Assembly (NCBI GenBank): GCA_964602595.1
Contig: CAZRRO010000017.1
Span: 67,528 to 131,527 of the forward strand
DNA from: an uncultured Verrucomicrobiota bacterium
GTDB taxonomy: Bacteria; Verrucomicrobiota; Verrucomicrobiia; Limisphaerales; UBA9464
Length of the DNA stretch: 64,000 nucleotides
Direction: 5' to 3'
Positions 7,005 to 14,610 of the stretch are shown in pieces. Every line of letters begins with the position of its first letter. Position 1 is the stretch's first letter. The position numbers were made by a program, and so were the translations under genes. The notes under the pieces are model-generated. The model saw only the letters and a program-made list of their open reading frames with translations, was not told the origin of the DNA and made no database searches.

Positions 7005-9806
7005 CTAGGCGGCGAGGACCGTGTTCAGTTCATCCAGCAACTGGGGCAGTTGCTCACCAAAAAGCTGATGGGCTTTGCCGAGGCCGCCGCGCTGGTTGAA
7101 GGGGGAGTATTCCAGATCCTCCGGCTCGATGCTGAGGCTGGTGGCGATGTGGTCGCGGATGAGGCCGAGCCAGGCGAGTTGCTCGGGGGTAAACACGGCG
7201 CCGGCCTTGGCTTTGTCCATGAGCCATTCGTGGAAGCGCTCGCTCACGGAGTCGGCGAAGGGGGCGAGGACGGGTTGCTGTTCCAACGCGAAACGGACGA
7301 GGGCGACGAGGTCGGCGAAACGTCCGGCTTGGGAGCGGCCCTTCACTTTGCCGGGAGCGGTGACGGCGAAGGCGTCCCAGAGGCGGTCCTCGGTCCACGT
7401 GGCGTGGGTATCGCGAAGTTTCTTTTCCAGTTCCTTGAGCATGGGCTCAGTGAGTCGCTGTTTGAACGGGCGGCTGTAGAGGATCTGCAGGGCGTCGATC
7501 TGGGCCTGGTTCTGCGCGAGGTAATCACGGAAGGCCTGGACGAGGCCGGCGGCTTTCGCCTTGGCGGCGGCATCGAAGCCCTGCTCCAGCACTTCGTCCG
7601 GCGTGTAGATGTCGATGGTCTGCTCGGTTTCCTGCTTGAGCGTTTCGAGGGTCTGGCGGAGCGCCGGTTTGTCGAAGGGCGCGCACGCTTCGGCAATCAA
7701 GTCCTTGCGGACGGCCTCCATCTTTTCGGGCGCGACTTCCTCGGGTGAAGCGCCGGGCTTGCCGGTGGCGCGTTCGGCAATGGCGTCGGGATCGAAGGCA
7801 CGGAGGAGCGCACCCGCGAGCGTGGCGGGCGTGTGACCTCCAGAGGCGGTGACGATCTGTTGGCGCTGGGCGGGTTCGAGTTCGCGGTCGAGCCGGGCGA
7901 GGCGCGCGGCGAGCGTGGTGAGGGTGTCTTCATCGCGGCCACCGGGGAAGAGGACGCGCTGGAGCAACGTCTTGAGCGGCACGGTGGGCTGGCGGTCGAG
8001 CGGGCGGGATTCGGTCTTGTCGCTCTCGCACACGCCCACGGCATCCACGATGACGAAACGGGTTTTGGCGCGGGCATCTTCGCCGGAGACGGCTTGCAGG
8101 TCGGTCGGGGAGAGCACGCGTGTGCCGCGCCCTTTCATCTGCTCAAAATAGACGCGGCTACGCACGTCGCGGAGGAAGATGAGAACTTCCAGCGCTTTCA
8201 CATCCGTGCCGGTGGCGATCATGTCCACGGTCACGGCGATGCGCAGCGAGGGTGAGAGGCAGAACTCCTTGATGAGTTCGCGGCCCTTGGCGGGTTTGCC
8301 GGTGACGGGGTGCTTCGCCTGGTAGGTGATCTTCTTGCAGAAGTCGTTGCCCTTGCCGAAGACCTCGCGGCAGAGGTGGACGATGTCCTCGGCGTGGGAA
8401 TCGTCCTTGGCGAAGATGAGCGTCTTGGGCACGAGCGTGCGGCCGGGGAACAGTTCGGTCTGCACCACATCGCGATACGTGCGCAGGATGGTGCGAATCT
8501 GGTCGGGCACGACGACGGAGCGGTCGAGGTCGGCCGGCGTGTAATCGAGATCGTCGGCGAGCACTTCCTGACGGGCCTGGCGCGAGGCTTTGCTGCGGTG
8601 ATCGACGAGGAAGCCTTTGTCCACCTTGCCGCCCGCGTCGGTGACCTTGGTTTTGATGCGGTAAACGTCGTAGCCGACATTCACGCCATCGGTCACGGCG
8701 CGCTCGTGGTTGTATTCGGCGACGCGGTTCTGATGGAAGTAGGCGATGGTCTGCGGCGCTGGCGTGGCGGTGAGGCCGATGAGCGAGGCGTCGAAATATT
8801 CGAGGACCTGCCGCCACAGGTTGTAGATGGAGCGGTGGCACTCGTCGGTGACGATGAAGTCGAACTTCTCGACGGGCACGGTGGGGTTGTAGGCGACATC
8901 GCGGGTGCGATTGCCCAAGGCCTTGGCCAGTTCCGCGCCGGAAAGTTCGTCGGCATCCTCGGTGAGTTCATCCCCACGCAGAATCGAGTAGAGCCGTTGG
9001 ATGGTGCAGATGGTGACGCGGCAGACATCGTCAATGTGCGGCGAGGTCAGATGCTGGACGTTGTAGAGTTCGGTGAAAAGGCGTCCGGTGTCCGGGGTCA
9101 TGAACCGGGCAAATTCATCCCGGGCCTGCTCGCCAAGATTGGCGCGATCCACGAGGAAGAGGACGCGCCGGGCTTTGGCGTATTTGATGAGGCGATAGGT
9201 GAAGGCGCAGGCGGTAAACGTCTTTCCTGCGCCGGTCGCCATGTGGATGAGCGCACGCGGGCGATCCTCGGCGAAGGATTTCTCCAGGCCGGTGATGGCT
9301 TCAATCTGGCAATCGCGCATGCCCGTGGTGACGAGCGGATGGGCGAAGGGCATTTGCGCCAGCCGCCGGCGGAGCGTGGCCGATTCGGCGGCCCACCCGG
9401 CGAGCGTCTCGGGGCGATGGAAGGAGAAGACACGGCGGGACCGAGGCGACGGATCGCGTTCGTCGCGGAAGAAGGTTTCGACGCCGGTGGATTCGTAGAG
9501 GAACGGGAGCGTGCCGGTGAGCCCGGCGGCGAGAAAGGCGGGCAGGCTGTTGGCGTAGCGGGCGGACTGGTCGGCGACGGTCGAGAGCGTCGTGCCTTCT
9601 TTTTTGGCTTCGATCACCCCGACCGCCTTGCGGTCCACCAGCAGGAGGTAATCGCACGGACCGGTCGTGAGCGGGACTTCGCGAAGCGCGATGCCGCGGC
9701 CCGCAGAGAAGTCCACCGACTTGTAATCCTGAACAATCCAGCCACTCGCGGCGAGTTGCGCGTCGATCTGCTGGCGGGCACGTTGTTCTGGCGGGAGTTC
9801 CGGCAT
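7005..9806 (-). CDS. hsdR: Type I restriction enzyme R subunit HsdR (EcoEI-type C-terminal tail)
   Basis: N-terminal nuclease region (QQIDAQLAASGW...CDYLLLVDRKAVGVIEAKK) and SF2 helicase motifs (MATGAGKT, VTDECHR, GLTATP, MKGRGTR). C-terminus ...GGLGKAHQLFGEQLPQLLDELNTVLAA. The best start is ATG 9806 (MPELPPEQRARQQID); the track ORF extending to 10130 is an upstream read-through. Confidence 0.92.
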   Translation of the reverse strand: MPELPPEQRARQQIDAQLAASGWIVQDYKSVDFSAGRGIALREVPLTTGPCDYLLLVDRKAVGVIEAKKEGTTLSTVADQSARYANSLPAFLAAGLTGTLPFLYESTGVETFFRDERDPSPRSRRVFSFHRPETLAGWAAESATLRRRLAQMPFAHPLVTTGMRDCQIEAITGLEKSFAEDRPRALIHMATGAGKTFTACAFTYRLIKYAKARRVLFLVDRANLGEQARDEFARFMTPDTGRLFTELYNVQHLTSPHIDDVCRVTICTIQRLYSILRGDELTEDADELSGAELAKALGNRTRDVAYNPTVPVEKFDFIVTDECHRSIYNLWRQVLEYFDASLIGLTATPAPQTIAYFHQNRVAEYNHERAVTDGVNVGYDVYRIKTKVTDAGGKVDKGFLVDHRSKASRQARQEVLADDLDYTPADLDRSVVVPDQIRTILRTYRDVVQTELFPGRTLVPKTLIFAKDDSHAEDIVHLCREVFGKGNDFCKKITYQAKHPVTGKPAKGRELIKEFCLSPSLRIAVTVDMIATGTDVKALEVLIFLRDVRSRVYFEQMKGRGTRVLSPTDLQAVSGEDARAKTRFVIVDAVGVCESDKTESRPLDRQPTVPLKTLLQRVLFPGGRDEDTLTTLAARLARLDRELEPAQRQQIVTASGGHTPATLAGALLRAFDPDAIAERATGKPGASPEEVAPEKMEAVRKDLIAEACAPFDKPALRQTLETLKQETEQTIDIYTPDEVLEQGFDAAAKAKAAGLVQAFRDYLAQNQAQIDALQILYSRPFKQRLTEPMLKELEKKLRDTHATWTEDRLWDAFAVTAPGKVKGRSQAGRFADLVALVRFALEQQPVLAPFADSVSERFHEWLMDKAKAGAVFTPEQLAWLGLIRDHIATSLSIEPEDLEYSPFNQRGGLGKAHQLFGEQLPQLLDELNTVLAA

Positions 9807-10135
9807 GGACGGCTTCGGGGTCGGTGCCTCGGGCGATGCGAACAATCCTGAACGGAGGAACACCCGGGAGGGAAGCGCGAGTTCGCAGGGAGTCACGACT
9901 TTTGGGGATCGAGAAGGGCTGGCGGACCGGTCATTGTCGTGGCCGTATTCCGCCGACCTATGTTGGCAGCCATCCATGACTCCCTCTCCTGGGATGCCCA
10001 CCTGAGTGCCATTGTCGGCATCGTCGCGGCGCCGGGCACCCTCGTGGGCTGCCAAACACGTCCGTCGCACATTGTCGTGGCTCCTTTCTCGCGAGATCAG
10101 CCAGACCCTGCTGCCGCTTTGAACCACCACTGACC
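9807..10135. promoter_or_regulatory. Divergent intergenic region between hsdR and the PD-(D/E)xK-like/NERD pair, with a repeated 12-mer
   Basis: cattgtcgtggc occurs exactly at 9932-9943 and 10070-10081, with a partial copy cattgtcgg at 10010-10018. This could be a repeated operator-like site. Confidence 0.25.
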
Positions 10136-11149
10136 ATGTTCTGCACCACCGACAAACACTACCTGGCCGAACCGTTCGAGAATGAGGCGCAATTGGAGGC
10201 CGCCATCGCCGCGGTGTCCGCGACGCTGTTTGGGCCGCACCGGATTTACCTGAGCGTGAAGAAGGTCGTCGGCGCCAAGGGCAAGACCAAGAACATCCCG
10301 GACGGCTACCTGATCGACCTGGCCAGCAAGAAGGAGCCGCGGCTCTTCGTCGTGGAGAATGAGCTGGCCCGGCACGAGTCGATCAAGCATGTGGCGGTGC
10401 AGATCCTGGAGTTCTCCCTGTCGTTCGAGACGTCGCCCTTCAAGCTCAAGGCCATCCTGAAGGACGCCCTGAAGGCGAATCCGCCCGCGTTGCAGCAGTG
10501 CGAGACCTTCGCGACCGCCAACGGGCTGGAGAACGTGGATTACCTGCTGGAGCGCCTGATCCGCCAGGATAACGCCTTCAATGCGCTGGTGATCATCGAC
10601 GAGCTGGAGGAGGAGCTGGAGACGGTGCTGCAGAACCGCTTCAAGTTCCCGGTGGAGATACTCACCCTGCGCCGCTTCAAGGCCTCGGACGGGCAGACGG
10701 CCTACGAGTTTGAACCGTTTTTCGCGGACCTGGCGGGTGCCCCCTCCGCCGACGTCGGCAAGGTTTCCGCCGTCCAAGACACGGTGGACCTGTCGGACGT
10801 CGATACGGTGATCGTGCCAGCCCAGGAGGATGGCTTCCAGGAGACGTTCCTCGGGGAGGATCGCTGGTATCAGATCCGCATCCACGCCAGCATGGTGCCG
10901 CGGATCAAATACATCGCCGCCTACCGCACGGCGCCGGTTTCCGCCATCACGCATGTCGCGGCGGTGAAGGACATCCAGCTTTGGAAGGATGGCCCCAAAT
11001 ACGTCCTGAACTTCGCCGGACCCGCCACCGAGGTGGGACCACTGAAGCTCGTGCCCAAACCGACGGGCACGGTGAAAGCCCCACAGGCGCCGCGCTACGC
11101 TTCCTACGCCCGGCTCACCCAGGCCAAGAACTTGGACGAGGTGTTCTGA
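10136..11149 (+). CDS. Hypothetical protein: PD-(D/E)xK-like N-terminal domain plus unassigned beta-rich C-terminal domain
   Basis: IPDGYLIDLASKKEPRLFVVENELARHESIKHVAVQILEF resembles NucS/DUF91-type PD-(D/E)xK cores. I recognise no family for the C-terminus (WYQIRIHASMVPRIKYIAAYRTAPVSAITHVAAVKDIQ...). Confidence 0.6.
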   Translation: MFCTTDKHYLAEPFENEAQLEAAIAAVSATLFGPHRIYLSVKKVVGAKGKTKNIPDGYLIDLASKKEPRLFVVENELARHESIKHVAVQILEFSLSFETSPFKLKAILKDALKANPPALQQCETFATANGLENVDYLLERLIRQDNAFNALVIIDELEEELETVLQNRFKFPVEILTLRRFKASDGQTAYEFEPFFADLAGAPSADVGKVSAVQDTVDLSDVDTVIVPAQEDGFQETFLGEDRWYQIRIHASMVPRIKYIAAYRTAPVSAITHVAAVKDIQLWKDGPKYVLNFAGPATEVGPLKLVPKPTGTVKAPQAPRYASYARLTQAKNLDEVF

Positions 11150-11165
11150 GGCATCCGCCGTATTT

Positions 11166-12128
11166 ATGTTCGCCGCTGCCAGTTCCGAACTGCCACTGGG
11201 CGCCTACCTCGCCGGGTTTGCGGGGCTGGCCGGGCTTCCCGGACTCCTGATCGCTTTCGTCCTCTGGCGACGGCGCAAGCGAAAGGCGGACGGGGAGCGC
11301 CGTCCGATGGAGACCAAGTTGCTGCGACCCGCCGGGTATTGGCTGATCCAGCGGTTGGACGAGAGCCTGCAGGATGGGATCGGGCAGGTGCTGGGCTTGG
11401 CCGTGGTCGGCGGCGGACTGGGAATGGCGGCCTATGTGACCGTCCCGATCCTGTGGGGACTGTTGCTGCACCAAGTCTCCCTGGCCCAACTCCTCGACCA
11501 TCCGCGCTGGTATGTCTTCCTCAGCCTCGCGCTGATCAATGTCGGCGGCGTCGGCGGCGTGATTTACCAATTTTCCCGTTGTCTCCAGATCCTCAAGATC
11601 ATTGAAGCCGTTCGGCTTGGCCTGCGTGGGGAGCAGGCCGTAGGCGAGGCGCTGGCGGATGCGCGGATCGCCGTGGCCGGCTACCGGGTCTTCCATGACG
11701 TGCCCGGGGACGGAAAGTGGAACATCGACCATGTCCTAGTGGGGCCGGCCGGCGTGTTCGTGCTGGAGACGAAGGCCCGGTCCAAGCGGCCCGGCCGCGA
11801 GGGGCAGGCCAAACACGAGGTCCAGTTCGACGGCCGGATGCTGCGATTCCCGAACTGGGACGACCACGAAACCGTCCGGCAGGTGGAACGCAACACGGAG
11901 TGGGTGCGGAAGTTCCTGGCGGACTTCGCACCGCCGGAGCTGGCCTACCAGCCGGTGGTGGTGGTTCCGGGCTGGTATGTGACCTCCCAGGGCAACTACC
12001 CGGTGAAGGCCATGAACACGACCTACCTGCCCAACTACCTCGCGGGCATGAAGCGGCGGTTCGAACCCGACGAATTGAAGGCCGTCATCCGGCGTCTGGA
12101 TGAACGGTGCCGCACGCTGGAATTCTGA
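11166..12128 (+). CDS. Membrane-anchored NERD-domain protein
   Basis: N-terminal hydrophobic helices, then a NERD signature: LRGEQAVGEALADARIAVAGYRVFHDVPGDGKWNIDHVLVGPAGVFVLETKARS. It lies 16 nt downstream of the preceding gene on the same strand. Confidence 0.78.
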   Translation: MFAAASSELPLGAYLAGFAGLAGLPGLLIAFVLWRRRKRKADGERRPMETKLLRPAGYWLIQRLDESLQDGIGQVLGLAVVGGGLGMAAYVTVPILWGLLLHQVSLAQLLDHPRWYVFLSLALINVGGVGGVIYQFSRCLQILKIIEAVRLGLRGEQAVGEALADARIAVAGYRVFHDVPGDGKWNIDHVLVGPAGVFVLETKARSKRPGREGQAKHEVQFDGRMLRFPNWDDHETVRQVERNTEWVRKFLADFAPPELAYQPVVVVPGWYVTSQGNYPVKAMNTTYLPNYLAGMKRRFEPDELKAVIRRLDERCRTLEF

Positions 12129-12711
12129 TTTCAACCACTGCGAAGAGCGGTGAGGCGCTTCCGCCCTTGGGCGAACCCAAATTTGTGCAAACTTGGCACA
12201 GGTTGTCTTCAGCGCAGATAGGAAAGGCGGTTTAGGACTCGATGCGAACTCATCGGAATATCCGGGTAGTTCGTCCCCAAGGCTCCCCCGCCGGCCGGCC
12301 GTTTCGGTCTGGGTTCAGTGTGCACCTACTGCCGTGGCCGGCGCCTTTCGAAGCCGGATTGCCGTCAGCCTACCGTCGCTTGGCAAGGCCGCCGACAGCG
12401 CCCGCAGGTAGGGATTGGAACGAAAACATGGTCCTGCCGTTTCCTTTGATTGCTCAAAACTTGGGCGGGCGAGGAAGCCTCTGTGCAAGCAGCCGCCTCG
12501 CTGCTTGAGCCCCGAGCCAATTCGGGCCACGCCAGGACCTACGGTGTATGCCGTGGGTCTGGTGGCTGGCCGCCCGGGACTTGTCGGACCCGTTCCTGCA
12601 GTTCGGCGTCAACCTGCGGTCACCGGCTCGCCAGCCGCCTCCGCCGCGAGCGTTACGGACTCTTCGTCCGGCTGCCCAAGGAATACGGCGTCGGCGAACC
12701 GCTCCGGCAAC

Positions 12712-13095
12712 TCAGTTCCCGAAGATGAATTCCACGTCCGGCCACCAGCTCAACCGGCGGTGGTCGTTCGTCAGGTGTTTCCAGCCGCGTTCCGCCGCTT
12801 GAGCCCGGATGAAGAAGTCGGGCAGCGGGGTGATCTTCTTGCGGGGCGTGCGGGCGAACACCTGCCCGGCGTGCCAGGCATCCGCCTCCGTCACTTCCAC
12901 TCGGAGCATGGGTGCCAAGGGACCGGCCAGCGTTTCGGGCGTTCGGCCACCTGCCGCCAATTCGGCCAGCGTCACAACGCTGATTGCCAAGTCGTCTTCC
13001 ACCAGGGCTTCGCGGACGGCCGCGGCGGAACTGACGTGATCCGGGTGGCTCTCATCCAGCCAAGCAACGACGGTGGAGGTGTCGATCAGGATCAT
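12712..13095 (-). CDS. vapC: PIN-domain toxin VapC
   Basis: MILIDTSTVVAWL...VVTLAELAAG...ITPLPDFFIRAQAAERGWKHLTND. The acidic residues sit in the PIN pattern. It overlaps the upstream antitoxin gene by 4 nt. Confidence 0.85.
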   Translation of the reverse strand: MILIDTSTVVAWLDESHPDHVSSAAAVREALVEDDLAISVVTLAELAAGGRTPETLAGPLAPMLRVEVTEADAWHAGQVFARTPRKKITPLPDFFIRAQAAERGWKHLTNDHRRLSWWPDVEFIFGN

Positions 13096-13322
13096 TCGCC
13101 CCGGGTCAGCTTGAGCAGTTCCGTGCCGGAAATCGGGCCGTCCCAGGTGCCGGCGTGCTTTTTCACAAACGCCTCGGCTTCCTCGCGGGTCATGCGGCGC
13201 TTCACCGGGCGCAGCGTCACCGAGCCGTCGGGGTGCTTCTCCACCTGCACGTCGGGCCTCCGGGGCAGGAAGCGGGCGAGCGCATAGCGGCCTTTCTCGT
13301 CACATTTGAGCGTCGCAGTCAT
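13092..13322 (-). CDS. AbrB/SpoVT-like antitoxin partner of VapC
   Basis: 76-aa ORF (MTATLKCDEKGRYALARFLP...VTLRPV) immediately upstream of, and overlapping, vapC. Confidence 0.7.
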   Translation of the reverse strand: MTATLKCDEKGRYALARFLPRRPDVQVEKHPDGSVTLRPVKRRMTREEAEAFVKKHAGTWDGPISGTELLKLTRGE

Positions 13323-13771
13323 GCCGGAAGCAGAGGGTGGGAGCGTCCCACCGTCAAGGGGCTGATTGGCTTTGGGGATCGGAACGGACGGGCGGCGGTT
13401 CAGTGCAGGCGTTCATCCGTTGCTCCGTTCATCGACCAGCAGGTCGGTCGCCATGACCGCCAGCACCCGGCTGCAGTCGATGGACTTCAGCGGCGCCATG
13501 AAATCGGGCTGATTGACCGTGACCATCCTTTGTTGGGGGGCGTTTCTGAAGCCCGGCCTGATCGTCGGCTTCAACCGACTGCGCAACGGTGGTCAGGCCA
13601 TTCGCCTCCCGCCCATCCGTGACGCCACGGGTTTAAGGTTAAGGAGTCATCGGGCAGCTCCCGCGCTGGAATCGACCAAGGCGAGAACCGCCCTGCGGAA
13701 CGGTTCGGGGAGATCGGCCCACGCGGCAATCACCCGCCGCAAGTCGGCATCTTCAATCGCTGCGGGCCCCG

Positions 13772-13787
13772 TGTGTGCGTATTTGTG
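13772..13787. repeat. 16-bp exact direct repeat, copy 1 (tgtgtgcgtatttgtg)
   Basis: Identical 16-mer at 14005-14020. The pair brackets the tRNA-like fragment and terminator. Confidence 0.8.
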
Positions 13788-13827
13788 AGTGTCGCCCTGT
13801 AAGTTGCTGTGGTTGCAACGTTTTCCA

Positions 13828-13855
13828 GTAGGTTCAAATCCTAGCCCCGCAACCA
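13828..13855 (+). pseudogene. tRNA 3'-end fragment (T-arm, acceptor 3' strand, CCA); likely att-site remnant
   Basis: gtagg-TTCAAAT-cctag ccccgca a CCA gives a canonical T-loop with flanking G/C and an encoded CCA. No matching 5' acceptor (TGCGGGG), D-arm or anticodon arm lies upstream, so it is not an intact tRNA. Confidence 0.5.
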
Positions 13856-13856
13856 A

Positions 13857-13898
13857 CGGCCCTGAAGGCAACACAGCCTTCAGGGCCGGCCCGTTTTT
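13857..13898 (+). terminator. Intrinsic terminator downstream of the tRNA-like fragment
   Basis: 13-bp stem cggccctgaaggc/gccttcagggccg (13857-13869/13876-13888) with loop aacaca, followed by a ttttt run (13894-13898). Confidence 0.55.
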
Positions 13899-14004
13899 AG
13901 GGGGGGGCCAACAAATCCCAGGCTTCCCTCCCCAATCCGACCGCTCCACTTTGGCGGACCGGAGGTGACTCCAAAAGTCACAAAATGCCCCGGCGTCGGA
14001 TTCT

Positions 14005-14020
14005 TGTGTGCGTATTTGTG
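14005..14020. repeat. 16-bp exact direct repeat, copy 2
   Basis: Same 16-mer as 13772-13787. Confidence 0.8.
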
Positions 14021-14610
14021 CGTGATTTTTGGGAACCGCCGACGGCAGCGCCCGAATGACTTTCGCCAAGGGCAACTTGCTGGCGTCGGTGTAGTGCCCG
14101 TTCATCAGCAAATCGGAATGGCGGGTCAGTTCTTTCGCGATCTGCGGCGGCGCGCCGGCTTGGGCCCGCAGGGGCGTGAACGTGTGCCGAAACGCGTGGA
14201 AGTCTGCCCGCCGGCCGAGATCGTCGAGAAACGAAATTCCCGCCGACGCTTCGTCCACCTTCAGCCCGGCAACCGTCGGGAGGCATCGGAAGGCGGCGAG
14301 TTTCCCCAGCGGGTCCGCCGGGATCTGCGCCCGTAATACCGACGCAGCATCTGGTGCAAAATCAGCAAGGCGCGATGGAAGATCCTAAACAGCAGGCTAT
14401 CGAACGCCCCCAGTTCATCGCCGCTGAACTCGGGCGTGGCGAATTGTCAGCGACATGAGCCTGCCGCCAAGCCCAAGCCGCGTAGCAATACGCCACGGAT
14501 TGCCGAGGCGGAGGAGTCAACGAGATAGGTTCGAGGTCGCGGCCGCTGCTGGAACCAAAAAACAAAATGGCGCAGGAGGTCTTCCTGCGCCGACGGATTT
14601 GTTGCGGAAA

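Larger units (their letters stand above)
13647..14384 (-). pseudogene. Tyrosine recombinase/integrase remnant (C-terminal catalytic part only)
   Basis: Encodes ...DFHAFRHTFTPLRAQAG...LTRHSDLLMNGHYTD (HxxR and catalytic Tyr region). The N-terminal two thirds are missing; an in-frame TAG sits at 14385-14387. The reading frame runs through the tRNA-fragment/terminator insert. Confidence 0.7.

Noticed and set aside
5441-10130. Long ORFs 5441..6925(+), 7050..7748(+), 8310..9851(+), 8158..8841(-), and the 5' extension of hsdR to 10130
   Set aside because: These are shadows of the fic and hsdR genes. hsdR has a convincing internal start at 9806 matching the conserved HsdR N-terminus, and the upstream 108 codons have no HsdR-like sequence.
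12190-12560. A possible tmRNA (ssrA) 5' part whose 3' end would be the tRNA-like fragment
   Set aside because: A short frame reads ...ASSRLAA-stop (around 12490-12515), which is reminiscent of tag peptides. But there is no GGGG-type 5' acceptor strand, the spacing is wrong, and the acceptor 3' strand (CCCCGCA) is not tmRNA-like. It is most likely coincidence in GC-rich DNA.
13761-13855. An intact (long-arm or Sec-type) tRNA ending at the CCA at 13855
   Set aside because: A 5' strand TGCGGGC at 13761 could pair 6/7 with the acceptor 3' strand. However, the intervening ~80 nt give no D-arm or anticodon arm and the T-stem has a G-G mismatch. I treat it as a 3' fragment only.
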